DNA from: an uncultured Collinsella sp.
GTDB lineage: Bacteria > Actinomycetota > Coriobacteriia > Coriobacteriales > Coriobacteriaceae
Direction: 5' to 3'
Assembly (NCBI GenBank): GCA_902461085.1
Contig: CABPWH010000001.1
Coordinates: 10,520 to 74,519, forward strand
DNA length: 64,000 nucleotides
Under the pieces are notes generated by a model that was not told the DNA's origin, did no database searches, and was given only the letters and a program-made list of their open reading frames with translations. Shown here in pieces: positions 36,899 to 48,345 of the stretch (position 1 is its first letter; the number at the start of each line of letters is the position of its first letter). A program made the position numbers and the translations under genes.

Positions 36899-37237
36899 AT
36901 GGCGGGCAAGGGTCGTGCGAGTGTCAACGATATGAAGCGTGTCGAGGTGCTGGTGTTGATGGAGATCGACCAGCAAACCGAAGATAATGGCGGGCCGTAT
37001 GGTTTCTCGCGCAAAACGCTTGCCGAGCGCGTGGGGGTTTCGCCGTATCGTGCCCGCGCTGCAATCGATCGCTTGGATTCCGAAGGCATGATTGATGTCG
37101 TCTCGCGTTATAGCGACGACGGCGGTCAGCTTGCAAATGGCATTTGCCTCACCGAACGTGGCGAGTGGTATCTTGAGGGCGTCCGTACCGGCATGCTCGT
37201 TCAAGAAATGCTTGAGGACGAGGTTGCTGATCGATAG
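36899..37237 (+). CDS. Small helix-turn-helix DNA-binding protein (113 aa)
   Basis: RBS ggagg. FSRKTLAERVGVSPYRARAAIDRLDSEGMI resembles a winged-helix recognition region. Confidence 0.5.
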   Translation: MAGKGRASVNDMKRVEVLVLMEIDQQTEDNGGPYGFSRKTLAERVGVSPYRARAAIDRLDSEGMIDVVSRYSDDGGQLANGICLTERGEWYLEGVRTGMLVQEMLEDEVADR

Positions 37238-37257
37238 CAGCATGTAACCCTTGCCAT

Positions 37258-37292
37258 AGCGACGCCGCTTGGGAAACCGGGCGGCGTTTTGT
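37258..37292 (+). terminator. Intrinsic terminator after the HTH gene
   Basis: gacgccgc-ttgggaaaccgg-gcggcgtt followed by ttgtttc. Confidence 0.5.
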
Positions 37293-37409
37293 TTCAAGAT
37301 TGAGAAATGCAATCGCACGCGAGAAAAATTGCGAACGGTCCGCGGCGCGAGTATTACAATGAAGACCCGTAAGATGTGTATGGACAACTTCTACGGGAAG
37401 CGCAGGTAA

Positions 37410-39077
<1,668 letters not shown>

Positions 39078-39127
39078 GGGTGCCGTCGAATAAGGGGCAT
39101 ACCGAAGCTACTCCCTCGTCGCTCGCT

Positions 39128-40021
39128 GTGGCGGCGGGGGAGTATCTCGATTACCTCGCGGTCGAGCGGGGTTTGGCGCGCAACACGATTGCGGCCTATC
39201 GTCGTGACCTGACGACGTACTGCGCCTATCTGGAGCGGGCGGGTACTGTGTCTTTTGAAGAGGTGACCCGTCGGGTCGTGGAGGGCTTTGTCGCCGACCG
39301 TCGCGATGGGGGCTATTCCGATGCCTCGGTGGAGCGTGCGCTTGCGGCTGTGAAGGGCCTGCATGCCTTTTTGGTGCGCGATGGGGCTGTGGCCCAAAAT
39401 CCAACGGCGGCGTTGCGCCTGCCTAAAAAGGCTGATCGTTTGCCGGAGTATCTATCGGTGGAGGATGTCTCGGCGCTGCTTGATCAAGACTTCCCCGAGG
39501 GCGAGATGGGCTTGCGCGACCATGCCATCTTGGAAGTGCTCTACGGATGCGGTTTGCGTGTGAGCGAGTTGGTGGGGCTCGATGTGGGCGATATCCATAT
39601 CGACGATGGCTTTGTGCTCGTTCGCGGTAAGGGCTCAAAGGAACGCCTGTCCCCGCTGGTGGGAAGCGCGGCGCGAGCTCTGACGCTCTATGTAACTGAG
39701 GGGCGTTCTCGCTTGGCGGCCCATGCCCGCGGAACCGAGACCTCGGCGGTCTTTTTAAATAAGAACGGCCGCCGTCTGTCGCGTCAGGGCATCCATGCCA
39801 TCTGTGAGCGCTACGGGCGCCAGGTGGGGCTGGTGGGACTCCATCCCCACACGCTGCGTCACTCCTTTGCTACCCATATGCTTGCGGGCGGCGCAGACCT
39901 CCGTGTGCTACAGGAGATCTTGGGACATGCCGATATATCGACCACGCAGGTCTACACGCATGTCGATCGTACGCAACTGACCGAGGTCTATCTGGCGGCG
40001 CACCCGCTGGCGCATCGTTAA
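39128..40021 (+). CDS. xerD: Tyrosine recombinase XerD/XerC
   Basis: Catalytic R..HxxR..Y motifs (HTLRHSFATHML, TQVYTHV). No ATG is available after the pyrG stop, so a GTG start at 39128 is assumed. Confidence 0.8.
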   Translation: MAAGEYLDYLAVERGLARNTIAAYRRDLTTYCAYLERAGTVSFEEVTRRVVEGFVADRRDGGYSDASVERALAAVKGLHAFLVRDGAVAQNPTAALRLPKKADRLPEYLSVEDVSALLDQDFPEGEMGLRDHAILEVLYGCGLRVSELVGLDVGDIHIDDGFVLVRGKGSKERLSPLVGSAARALTLYVTEGRSRLAAHARGTETSAVFLNKNGRRLSRQGIHAICERYGRQVGLVGLHPHTLRHSFATHMLAGGADLRVLQEILGHADISTTQVYTHVDRTQLTEVYLAAHPLAHR

Positions 40022-40054
40022 CTCATCGCTGACCTGCAAATTTATAGGTATTTG

Positions 40055-40125
40055 GGGACGAGCCCCAGATTGCCACGGCGTGCTTTTGCGCGCGCATGGG
40101 CAATCTGGGGCCCGTCCCATTTTTC
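40055..40125 (+). terminator. Long-stem intrinsic terminator after xerD
   Basis: gggacgagccccagattgcc-N24-ggcaatctggggcccgtccc (20-bp arms, one mismatch) followed by atttttc. Confidence 0.7.
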
Positions 40126-40337
40126 GCCACTTGGCATCGCGGTGGTGGGCCGAATGTGCCTTGGGTGGGGGAGTTTGGGGGCGATGTGAACGGCATGTAA
40201 AGGGACGTAAAAATCGCTTCAAGGTCAACTTGAAGGTTGAGGTTGAACGGCGGGGTGCCACAGGTGGCATCCGCCGTTGCTGTAAACACAACATATTGTG
40301 TTTTCGAACATATGCTTGGGGGTGTTTTGCAATATAT

Positions 40338-40380
40338 GGTGGGTGGAGTGGTGGGGCGGAGTGGGGGAAGGGGTGGGGAA
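40338..40380 (+). promoter_or_regulatory. Four direct GTGGG repeats (spacing 12/10/12), candidate MraZ operator
   Basis: ggtgggtggagtggtggggcggagtgggggaaggggtggggaaagg, immediately upstream of the Pmra -35 element. Confidence 0.55.
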
Positions 40381-40385
40381 AGGTG

Positions 40386-40414
40386 TTGAAAAATGGGGCG
40401 GTTCCCCATATTAT
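40386..40414 (+). promoter_or_regulatory. Candidate Pmra promoter, ttgaaa-N17-tattat
   Basis: Near-consensus sigma-70-type hexamers about 70 nt upstream of mraZ. Confidence 0.5.
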
Positions 40415-40482
40415 TAATGACGTCGACAGGCGGGGGGGTTCCCCGCGTACGTGCCATCTGAGTAACCGAGGGGAGGGCGCAC

Positions 40483-40917
40483 ATGGGAATGACTGGTGCA
40501 TACGAGCGCAATCTCGATGCAAAAGGTCGTCTATCCCTGCCTGCACCCCTTCGCGAGGAGCTTGGAGAGCATGTTCGCGTGTTCAAAGCCCTGGATGTCG
40601 ATGCTCTGTACGTGTTCTCTGCCGAGGCCTTCGATAAGTGGGTCGAAGGACTCTTCGCGGGTCGTGAGGGCCACGAGGGTTTTAACCCGCGTGACATTAA
40701 CGACCAGAAGCTCATGAGGGCGATCAACAAGCGCACCACGTCGATGGACGTGGACAGCGCCGGTCGTATCGGTCTTTCCGAGTCTCTCCGCAAGCAGGCG
40801 AACCTCGACCGCGAGGTCACGGTTGTGGGCAACTACGACCACCTTGAGGTTTGGGATCGCGCCGCGGCCGATGAGGACGATGACGATGAGGCCCTGCTGG
40901 ACCTCTTCTTCTCGTAA
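40483..40917 (+). CDS. mraZ: Transcriptional regulator MraZ
   Basis: 144 aa with two DXXXR-containing MraZ repeats and an acidic C-terminus. Confidence 0.9.
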   Translation: MGMTGAYERNLDAKGRLSLPAPLREELGEHVRVFKALDVDALYVFSAEAFDKWVEGLFAGREGHEGFNPRDINDQKLMRAINKRTTSMDVDSAGRIGLSESLRKQANLDREVTVVGNYDHLEVWDRAAADEDDDDEALLDLFFS

Positions 40918-40937
40918 GGGCAAGGCACGGGTAACGG

Positions 40938-41903
40938 ATGGAGCGTGGGATCTTGACACAAGAATATCGGCATGAACCTGTCATGCTCGGCGAAGTGCTT
41001 GAGTCGCTGCGGCTAAAGAGCGGCTCCGTTGTCTGCGATTGCACCCTTGGCGGTGCCGGCCATTCGGTAAAGATGGCCGCGCAGGTGGGGGAGACGGGCC
41101 TTTTGCTCGGCGTCGATCAGGACGACATGGCCCTCGAGGCCGCTGGCGCCCGTCTGGACCGCGAGGTTCCCGGCGTTCCGCACCAGCTGCTGAAGGGCAA
41201 CTTCGGCGACTTGGACGAGCTGCTTTGCTCGGCCGAGGTGCCCGGGGTCGATGGCTTCCTGTTCGATTTGGGCGTTTCGTCGCCGCAACTCGATATCCCT
41301 GGCAGGGGCTTTTCGTATAACGAGGACGCCCCATTGGACATGCGGATGGATCCGGGCAATAACACCTTAAACGCAGCTGAGGTCATCAACACCTATAACG
41401 AACACGACCTCGCCCGGATTCTACGCGTCTACGGCGAAGAGAAGTTCGCCTCGCAGATCGCGCGCGAGATCGTGCGCCGCCGCGAGCAAGAACCGATCGA
41501 AACCACCGGCCAATTTGTCGAGATCATCAAGGCGGGTATCCCGGCTGCCGCTCGTCGGCATGGCGGACACCCGGCCAAGAAAAGTTTCCAGGCCATTCGC
41601 ATCGAGGTCAATCACGAGCTCGATGTGCTCGAACGAGGGCTTGATGCCGCCACCAGGTGGCTCAACCCGGGCGGACGTATCTGCGTCATCTCGTATCACT
41701 CGCTCGAGGACCGTATCGTAAAGAACCACTTTAAGGAGATGAGCCAGGGGTGCACGTGTCCGCCGGAGATTCCGGTGTGCGTGTGCGGCAACGTGCCGAT
41801 ACTCAAGGTCATCACCCGCAAACCCTTGGTTGCCCAGCCTGATGAGGTTGCGCGCAACCCTCGGGCGAGATCAGCCAAAATCCGCGTGGCGCAGCGTCTG
41901 TAG
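40938..41903 (+). CDS. rsmH: 16S rRNA (cytosine1402-N4)-methyltransferase
   Basis: HEPVMLGEVL, GGAGHS, and FDLGVSSPQLD motifs. Confidence 0.9.
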   Translation: MERGILTQEYRHEPVMLGEVLESLRLKSGSVVCDCTLGGAGHSVKMAAQVGETGLLLGVDQDDMALEAAGARLDREVPGVPHQLLKGNFGDLDELLCSAEVPGVDGFLFDLGVSSPQLDIPGRGFSYNEDAPLDMRMDPGNNTLNAAEVINTYNEHDLARILRVYGEEKFASQIAREIVRRREQEPIETTGQFVEIIKAGIPAAARRHGGHPAKKSFQAIRIEVNHELDVLERGLDAATRWLNPGGRICVISYHSLEDRIVKNHFKEMSQGCTCPPEIPVCVCGNVPILKVITRKPLVAQPDEVARNPRARSAKIRVAQRL

Positions 41904-41993
41904 GCGCGACCGCGCGATATTGGACCTCCCGCTCGCACCATAAACGAAGCTTAAACACACTACCAACGTACTCGGGATGGGAGGCGGCATATC

Positions 41994-42464
41994 ATGGGCT
42001 ACAACACTTCAAGCGCAGCACTCGCCTATGATATGAACGCCATGCCCGCCTATCGTGAGGCGCCGCAGGCCCCCGTTGCTCCCCGTGAGCAGCGCGCGCC
42101 GCGCTTTGATGTCTACACGGGCGCGGGCCGTCAGGCAAACCAGGCGGTAAGCCCGGTTTTCATGAGCGTTCTTAAAACGTTTTGCATCATTGCGGCTATC
42201 TTCATGACGATCGGCGTCGCCCGCGTGGCGCTCGCCGGCGTTACGGCCCAGGTGCTCAACAGCAACGCCGAGCTTACCAGCACGCTTGAAAAGGCGACCG
42301 ATGAGAGCTCCGACCTGGAGGTCATGCATTCGGTCTATGGCGCCGACACGCGCATTCGCGACCTTGCGGGCGCTTATGGCATGGTGGAGCCCAGCGAGAG
42401 CGTTACACTTGACTTTTCGCAGGATGCAGCCGCGGGCGCCAACGCGACCGCGACCGCTCAGTAG
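41994..42464 (+). CDS. ftsL: FtsL-like cell division membrane protein
   Basis: 156 aa with a single TM helix followed by a coiled-coil. Its position between rsmH and ftsI supports the call. Confidence 0.6.
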   Translation: MGYNTSSAALAYDMNAMPAYREAPQAPVAPREQRAPRFDVYTGAGRQANQAVSPVFMSVLKTFCIIAAIFMTIGVARVALAGVTAQVLNSNAELTSTLEKATDESSDLEVMHSVYGADTRIRDLAGAYGMVEPSESVTLDFSQDAAAGANATATAQ

Positions 42465-42481
42465 CAAGACGGTAGCTGAGT

Positions 42482-44347
42482 ATGACAAATGACTATCGCC
42501 GCGGTTCCGATGGGGGCCGCGGTTCTGGACGTCCCTCGTCGCGGGGACGTTCTGGTTATCAAGGAACGGGTCGGCAATCTTACAACGTCGGGCAGTCCCG
42601 TGGCAACGACCCGGCGTCGCGACTTCGCGGCTCGGGCGGCCCTCAAGTGCATAACACCAGGTCGCGCAAAAGTTCGTCGACCGAATGGCTCACAGGCGCA
42701 CCTCTGCCTCGCCGCAAAGCCGTCATGGGCTTCATCGGGCTTGGCTTGGGCTTGGGCGTCTTTCGCCTTGCCGACTATCAAATTGTCGAAGCCGATAAAC
42801 TGCGCGAGCGTGCCGATGCGCGCCGCCTGCTTGCGCAGACCCTCTATGCCAAACGCGGCACCATCTACGACCGCAACGGCAACGTGTTGGCGTCGTCGGT
42901 CGAATGTCGCAACATCGCCGTGAACCCGCAGCTTGTCGAGGATGTTGACAAGACGGTGTCGGCGCTGGTCAAGGCAACTGGAATCGATAAAAAGACCTGC
43001 CGCAAGCTCGTTGAGTCCGATGGAACCTGGGTGTATATCAAGCGCCAGGTGGACGAAGACGATGTTGCGGCGCTGGAGAAGAAGAACCTGCCCGGCGTGC
43101 TTTTTGAGCAGGCCATGAAGCGCGTATATCCATACGGCAATCTGGCATCGCAGGTGCTGGGTGTAGTGAATGTAGACAACGACGGCTTGACGGGTCTCGA
43201 AAAGCAATACAACAAGCTTCTGACCGGCACGAACGGTTCTCTCGTACGCGAGCGCGCGAGGGACGGCAGCTATATCGCGGGCGGTGCCTATAAAAAGGTG
43301 GCTGCGGTCGACGGCGTTGATATCGTGACGACGCTCGACGTCAATATCCAGCGTGCGGCCGAGGATGCCCTGGCAGAGGCAGTTGAGAAGACTAAGGCCA
43401 AGAACGGCTCGGCGCTGGTCACCGATCCTACGACAGGCGAGATTTTGGCAGCCTGCTCGTACCCGACCTACGACCAGACCGATCTGGAGAATGCCAAGAC
43501 CGAGGATATGAATCTGCGCCTGGTCACCGACGCCTACGAGCCCGGCTCGGTCTTTAAGACGCTCGTGGCGGGCGCCGGCTTCGACTTGGGCGTCGTGCGA
43601 TCGAGTACGTCGTTTGAGGTGCCGGCGAGCATCAAGGTGGGCGACGATACCGTCACCGATGCCGACAAGCGCGACTATGCCATGACCATGGATGTGCGCG
43701 AGATGATGCGCCGTTCGTCCAACGTGGGCTTTGTCCTGGTGGGGCGCAAGATCGGTGCCGACGACTTTGCCGCCTATGTGGACAAGTGGGGCATCGGTCA
43801 CAGCTCGGGTGTCGATTTTCCGGGAGAGAGTCTGGGTATCGTCAAGGAGCGTGACCAGTATGACGGCGCCACGCTGGGCTCGATGAGCTTTGGACAGGCA
43901 CTGTCCGTCTCGCCGATTGAGATCGCACGTGCCGTGGGCGGCATCGCCAACGGCGGCGTGATGATGACACCGCACTTCTATAAGTCCAGCAAAGGCGACG
44001 AGAAGGACTGGGGTGAAGGCGAGCGCGCGATTTCGGAGGACGCCGCATCCCAGGTGACATCGTGCATGCAGACGGTCGTGTCCGAGGGAACGGGCGTTGG
44101 CGGCGCGGTTGACGGCTATGACGTGGCGGGTAAGACCGGTACGGCCGAACGTGCCGACGAGAACGGCGGCTACCTCAAGGAGAACTACATGTCGTCCTTT
44201 ATGGGCTTTGCACCGGCACAATCGCCCAAGGTGCTGTGCTATATCACGCTCGACGGAACGCCGAGCGGCTCAGATGCCGCTGCGGTGCCGTTCCAGTCCA
44301 TTATGGCCAACGCGCTCGACGTGCTGGGTATCCCGCACACGAAGTAG
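42482..44347 (+). CDS. ftsI: Penicillin-binding protein (FtsI-type transpeptidase) with an RG-rich N-terminal tail
   Basis: Dimerisation domain plus transpeptidase domain with motifs TxEPGSVFK, SSN and KTGT. Confidence 0.85.
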   Translation: MTNDYRRGSDGGRGSGRPSSRGRSGYQGTGRQSYNVGQSRGNDPASRLRGSGGPQVHNTRSRKSSSTEWLTGAPLPRRKAVMGFIGLGLGLGVFRLADYQIVEADKLRERADARRLLAQTLYAKRGTIYDRNGNVLASSVECRNIAVNPQLVEDVDKTVSALVKATGIDKKTCRKLVESDGTWVYIKRQVDEDDVAALEKKNLPGVLFEQAMKRVYPYGNLASQVLGVVNVDNDGLTGLEKQYNKLLTGTNGSLVRERARDGSYIAGGAYKKVAAVDGVDIVTTLDVNIQRAAEDALAEAVEKTKAKNGSALVTDPTTGEILAACSYPTYDQTDLENAKTEDMNLRLVTDAYEPGSVFKTLVAGAGFDLGVVRSSTSFEVPASIKVGDDTVTDADKRDYAMTMDVREMMRRSSNVGFVLVGRKIGADDFAAYVDKWGIGHSSGVDFPGESLGIVKERDQYDGATLGSMSFGQALSVSPIEIARAVGGIANGGVMMTPHFYKSSKGDEKDWGEGERAISEDAASQVTSCMQTVVSEGTGVGGAVDGYDVAGKTGTAERADENGGYLKENYMSSFMGFAPAQSPKVLCYITLDGTPSGSDAAAVPFQSIMANALDVLGIPHTK

Positions 44348-44473
44348 GGGGTTACAATCTTTGGGGCGTTGTTTGTTGTCCCATATGAGGGTGTTCACAT
44401 GCCCTGCACCACGCATGTGCGGCGCTGGGATACAATACGCCGATAGCATTATTAGGTTTACAGGGGAGCTGCA

Positions 44474-45898
44474 ATGATAGAGATCGCCGTCAACAACCTC
44501 GCGGCCGCAACAGGGGCCCGAACCGTGACGGGAGAAGCCGATCGGGTATGCCGCGGGTGCGTTATCGACTCGCGCCAGGTCGAGGAAGGGACGATTTTCG
44601 TCGCCTTTCCCGGTGAAAACGTCGACGGCAATGATTTTGCTTCCCGTGCCGTCCAGTCGGGTGCCGGCGCCGTCGTGATGACGCGTGAGCCCGAGGCTGA
44701 GCTGGTCTCGCTGGCGCAGGACAAGGGGTGCGCCATCCTGCTGACCGATGATCCCGAGGAGTTTCTGCTGCGTTTGGCGCACACGTATCGCCTGGAGCTT
44801 GGCTGCCTGGTCGTTGGCATTACCGGTTCCATCGGCAAGACGACGACCAAGGACGTGCTCGCCGCCGTGCTCGCCAAGCGCTATCGTGTCTGGGCCACCA
44901 AGGGCAATTTCAATAACCTGATCGGCATGCCGCTCACGGTGCTTTCCGCTCCGGCCGATACCGAGGTCCTGGTGCTCGAGATGGGCATGAACCATTTCCA
45001 CGAGATTGAGCGCCTTTCCCAGTCCGCCAATCCCAACCTTGCCATCGTAAGCAAGATTGGTACCTCTCACATCGGCATTTTGGGCAGCCGCGAGAACATC
45101 GCCCGCGCTAAGGCCGAGATTGTCCAGGGTATGTGCGCCGCCGGCGACTTCTTGCCGCTGCTGGTTTTGGGCGGCGAGGACGACTTTACGCCGTTCATTC
45201 GCGATACGTTCGCCCAGCCTGCTGGTATCGATGTGATGCTGGCCGGCGTCTCGGACGATGATGAGGTCCGTGCCCGCGACATTCGTGTTGATGACGAGGG
45301 ACGTCCGGTCTTTACGCTCGATTTTGGCCAGGGTGAGACGATCGATACCATGCTTGCCATCCCCGGCGTGCAGTCCGTTCCTAATGCCGTTAAGGCCGCC
45401 GCGGTTTCCTATCGCCTGGGCGTGACGCCCGAGCAGATCGATGCTGCCTTTAGGGGCCTCACGATCACCGGTCACCGCCAGGAGATCAAGCGCGCCAAGA
45501 GCGGTGCCCGCGTCATCGACGATTCCTATAACGCCAGTGCCGAATCCATGGCTGCTGGCCTCGATCTACTGTGCTCGCTTTCGTGCACGGGGTCTCGCAT
45601 GGCGATCCTGGGCGAGATGGGCGAGATGGGCGATGAGGCTCCTCGCATGCATGAGCTCGTGGGCGCCTATGCGGCCGCCAAGAAGCTCGACATGCTGGCG
45701 TGCGTGGGTGGTGAGCTGGCCCAGCTTATGGCCGATGCCGCGCGCATGATGGGCATGGACGAGGACCGCATCCAGGTGTTCTCCGATTATCAGCAGGTGC
45801 TCGACCGCATGGGCGGCGCGCTTGAAAAACATGATGTTGTACTGGTCAAGGGTTCCCGCTTTGTTGAGCTCGACCGCTTTGTGGAAGGTGTGTGCTAG
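44474..45898 (+). CDS. murF: UDP-MurNAc-tripeptide--D-Ala-D-Ala ligase
   Basis: Mur ligase with GSIGKTTTKD and the MurF-specific DDSYNAS block. Confidence 0.85.
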   Translation: MIEIAVNNLAAATGARTVTGEADRVCRGCVIDSRQVEEGTIFVAFPGENVDGNDFASRAVQSGAGAVVMTREPEAELVSLAQDKGCAILLTDDPEEFLLRLAHTYRLELGCLVVGITGSIGKTTTKDVLAAVLAKRYRVWATKGNFNNLIGMPLTVLSAPADTEVLVLEMGMNHFHEIERLSQSANPNLAIVSKIGTSHIGILGSRENIARAKAEIVQGMCAAGDFLPLLVLGGEDDFTPFIRDTFAQPAGIDVMLAGVSDDDEVRARDIRVDDEGRPVFTLDFGQGETIDTMLAIPGVQSVPNAVKAAAVSYRLGVTPEQIDAAFRGLTITGHRQEIKRAKSGARVIDDSYNASAESMAAGLDLLCSLSCTGSRMAILGEMGEMGDEAPRMHELVGAYAAAKKLDMLACVGGELAQLMADAARMMGMDEDRIQVFSDYQQVLDRMGGALEKHDVVLVKGSRFVELDRFVEGVC

Positions 45899-45901
45899 CC
45901 C

Positions 45902-46921
45902 ATGTTCGGCAATCCCTCGTATCCAACGTATCAGGCTTTTTTGGGGCTTGGCATCGCCGCTGCCATTGCGCTGCTGCTCATGCCGTGGTGGATCAAGCTG
46001 CTGAAGGTCGAGGGTATCGGCCAACAGGTCCGAGCCGACGGCCCCAAGCGTCATTTGATTAAACAGGGTACGCCGACCATGGGCGGCGTCATCATCCTTG
46101 TTGCGATTTCGCTGACCTGCCTGCTGATGGGCAAGCTCACCACCGAGCTCGTGCTCGTGCTGCTCGCCACGCTGGCGACCGGCGTGCTGGGCCTGATCGA
46201 CGACCTGACCTCCGTTACGCATGGGCGCTCGCTCGGTCTGACGCCTCATGCCAAGATGATCGGCCTAACCATTATCTGTGTCACCTTTACGGTACTTGCC
46301 GTCAACTGGTGCGGCGTCGCCCCCGAGATTCGTTTTCCCGGCGGCCTGACGATTGACCTTGGCGTGCTTTCGACCACCATCTGCGGCCTTTCGTTCCCGT
46401 GGCTCTACATTGTCTTTTGCTGGCTGATGATCGCCGGTCTTTCTAATGCCGTGAACCTGACCGATGGCCTTGACGGTCTTGCCGGCGGCACCTCCATGAT
46501 TGCCATGCTTGCCATGGCTGCCATGGCGTTTTTGCACGGAGACGTGAACCTGTCCATCTTCTGCGCCGCGTGTGCCGGTGCCTGCTTGGGCTTTCTGTGG
46601 TTCAACTGCTATCCGGCGAGCATCTTTATGGGCGATACCGGCTCGCTTGCCCTGGGCGCCGCGTTTGCCTGCACGTCCATCATGACCAACACCGAGGTCG
46701 TCTCCCTCATCATCGGCGGCCTGTTTATCGTTGAGACCCTGTCGGTCATGATTCAGGTTGTCTACTTCCACTTTACGCACAAGCGCGTCTTCCTTATGGC
46801 GCCCATCCATCATCATTTCGAAAAGAAGGGCTGGGCCGAGACCAAGGTCGTCATCCGTTTTTGGATTATCGCTGCGGCCTTTGGTGCCGTTGGCCTTGCT
46901 CTGTTCTTCCAGTTGGGATAG
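45902..46921 (+). CDS. mraY: Phospho-MurNAc-pentapeptide translocase
   Basis: 339 aa polytopic protein with conserved MraY motifs (NAVNLTDGLDGLA). Confidence 0.9.
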   Translation: MFGNPSYPTYQAFLGLGIAAAIALLLMPWWIKLLKVEGIGQQVRADGPKRHLIKQGTPTMGGVIILVAISLTCLLMGKLTTELVLVLLATLATGVLGLIDDLTSVTHGRSLGLTPHAKMIGLTIICVTFTVLAVNWCGVAPEIRFPGGLTIDLGVLSTTICGLSFPWLYIVFCWLMIAGLSNAVNLTDGLDGLAGGTSMIAMLAMAAMAFLHGDVNLSIFCAACAGACLGFLWFNCYPASIFMGDTGSLALGAAFACTSIMTNTEVVSLIIGGLFIVETLSVMIQVVYFHFTHKRVFLMAPIHHHFEKKGWAETKVVIRFWIIAAAFGAVGLALFFQLG

Positions 46922-46930
46922 TGGTCTTTC

Positions 46931-48337
46931 ATGTCTCTTGCTGATGTCTTTAGCCTGCTCGTTTTGGGTCAGGGCAAATCCGGTCTCGATGTCGCCCGCT
47001 GGGCGCTGGCACATCCCGAGCGCGTAAGCGCCGTTACCGTGTATGGCGGCGGCACCTCTGAGCCCAATGACGCCACGCGTGCGCTCGAGGCTGCTGGTGT
47101 GTCGTTTGTCTATGGGACCGAACAGGTCGAGGGCGCCTATGACGTATGCGTGACGTGCCCGGGCATCTCGGAGTTCTCGGGCTTCTTTAAGGCCGGGCGC
47201 GAACATGCCGCCCAGATTATGGGTGAGCCCGAGTTTGCCTATCGCCTGTCGCCCGATAACTGGATTGCCATCACGGGCACCAACGGCAAGACGACCACCA
47301 CGTCGCTGACTGATTATCTGCTTAAGGCTGCCGGCGAGGCCAGCGTTGCTGTCGGCAACATCGGCGAGCCGCCGGTCAACGAGATTGACGGCCGAGCCCA
47401 CAACGAGTGGTTTGTGGCTGAGCTTTCGAGCTATCAGATTGCTACGACCACCGAGCTCCACCCCCGCGTGGCGGTGCTGCTCAACATCACTCCCGACCAC
47501 CTGGGCTGGCATAAGAGCCATAAGAACTACGCGCTTGCCAAGATCAAACTGTTTGACAATATGGTCGATGACGATCTGGCGGTTGTCGACGTCGAAGACG
47601 CCGGCATTCACGAGTTCGATGAGTACATCTACACGCCGGGTCGTCGCATCTGCAAGGTTGCCTTTGACGAGCCTGAGGGCAAGGATGCCGCCTTTGTGCG
47701 CGACGGCAAGATGGTCGTGCGCCTGAAGGGCGTCGAGACTCAGCTTGTCGCCACGTCCGAGCTCAAGATCTCGGGCCATCACAATGTTATCAATGCCCTG
47801 TGCGCTGCCACGGCTGCCCTGGCAGTCGGTGCCGATGTCGATGGTGTCTGCCGCGGTCTGGCCTCGTTCCAGCCGCTCGAGCACCGCGTGGAGCCGTGTG
47901 GCGAGATTGACGGCGTGCGCTACGTCAACGATTCCAAGGCGACCAACACCGATGCGGTCGAGAAGGCGCTGACGGCATTTCCCGATGACGATGTGATCTT
48001 GCTGCTCGGCGGCCACGATAAGGGCACGCCGCTCACGGACTTCGCGCGCGTCGTTATGGACAACGTGCGCTCGGTCGTCTGCTTTGGCGATGCGCGCGAG
48101 CGCTTCACCGCCGCTATGGACGAGGCCGATGTCGATGGTGATGTGGATATCGCCCAGGCGGATGACCTGCGCGACGCCGTGGACGTTGCCCGTTCGCTTT
48201 CGAGCCGTGGTGACGTGATCTTACTTTCTCCTGCCTGCTCTTCGTTCGATGAGTTCTCGGGCTATGAGGAGCGCGGCCGCGTGTTTAAGGACTACGTGGC
48301 TCAGCTTGCCGCTACAGCGAAATCACAAATGGAATAG
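46931..48337 (+). CDS. murD: UDP-MurNAc-L-Ala--D-Glu ligase
   Basis: ITGTNGKTTTT and other MurD motifs. Confidence 0.9.
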   Translation: MSLADVFSLLVLGQGKSGLDVARWALAHPERVSAVTVYGGGTSEPNDATRALEAAGVSFVYGTEQVEGAYDVCVTCPGISEFSGFFKAGREHAAQIMGEPEFAYRLSPDNWIAITGTNGKTTTTSLTDYLLKAAGEASVAVGNIGEPPVNEIDGRAHNEWFVAELSSYQIATTTELHPRVAVLLNITPDHLGWHKSHKNYALAKIKLFDNMVDDDLAVVDVEDAGIHEFDEYIYTPGRRICKVAFDEPEGKDAAFVRDGKMVVRLKGVETQLVATSELKISGHHNVINALCAATAALAVGADVDGVCRGLASFQPLEHRVEPCGEIDGVRYVNDSKATNTDAVEKALTAFPDDDVILLLGGHDKGTPLTDFARVVMDNVRSVVCFGDARERFTAAMDEADVDGDVDIAQADDLRDAVDVARSLSSRGDVILLSPACSSFDEFSGYEERGRVFKDYVAQLAATAKSQME

Positions 48338-48345
48338 GGGTTGCG

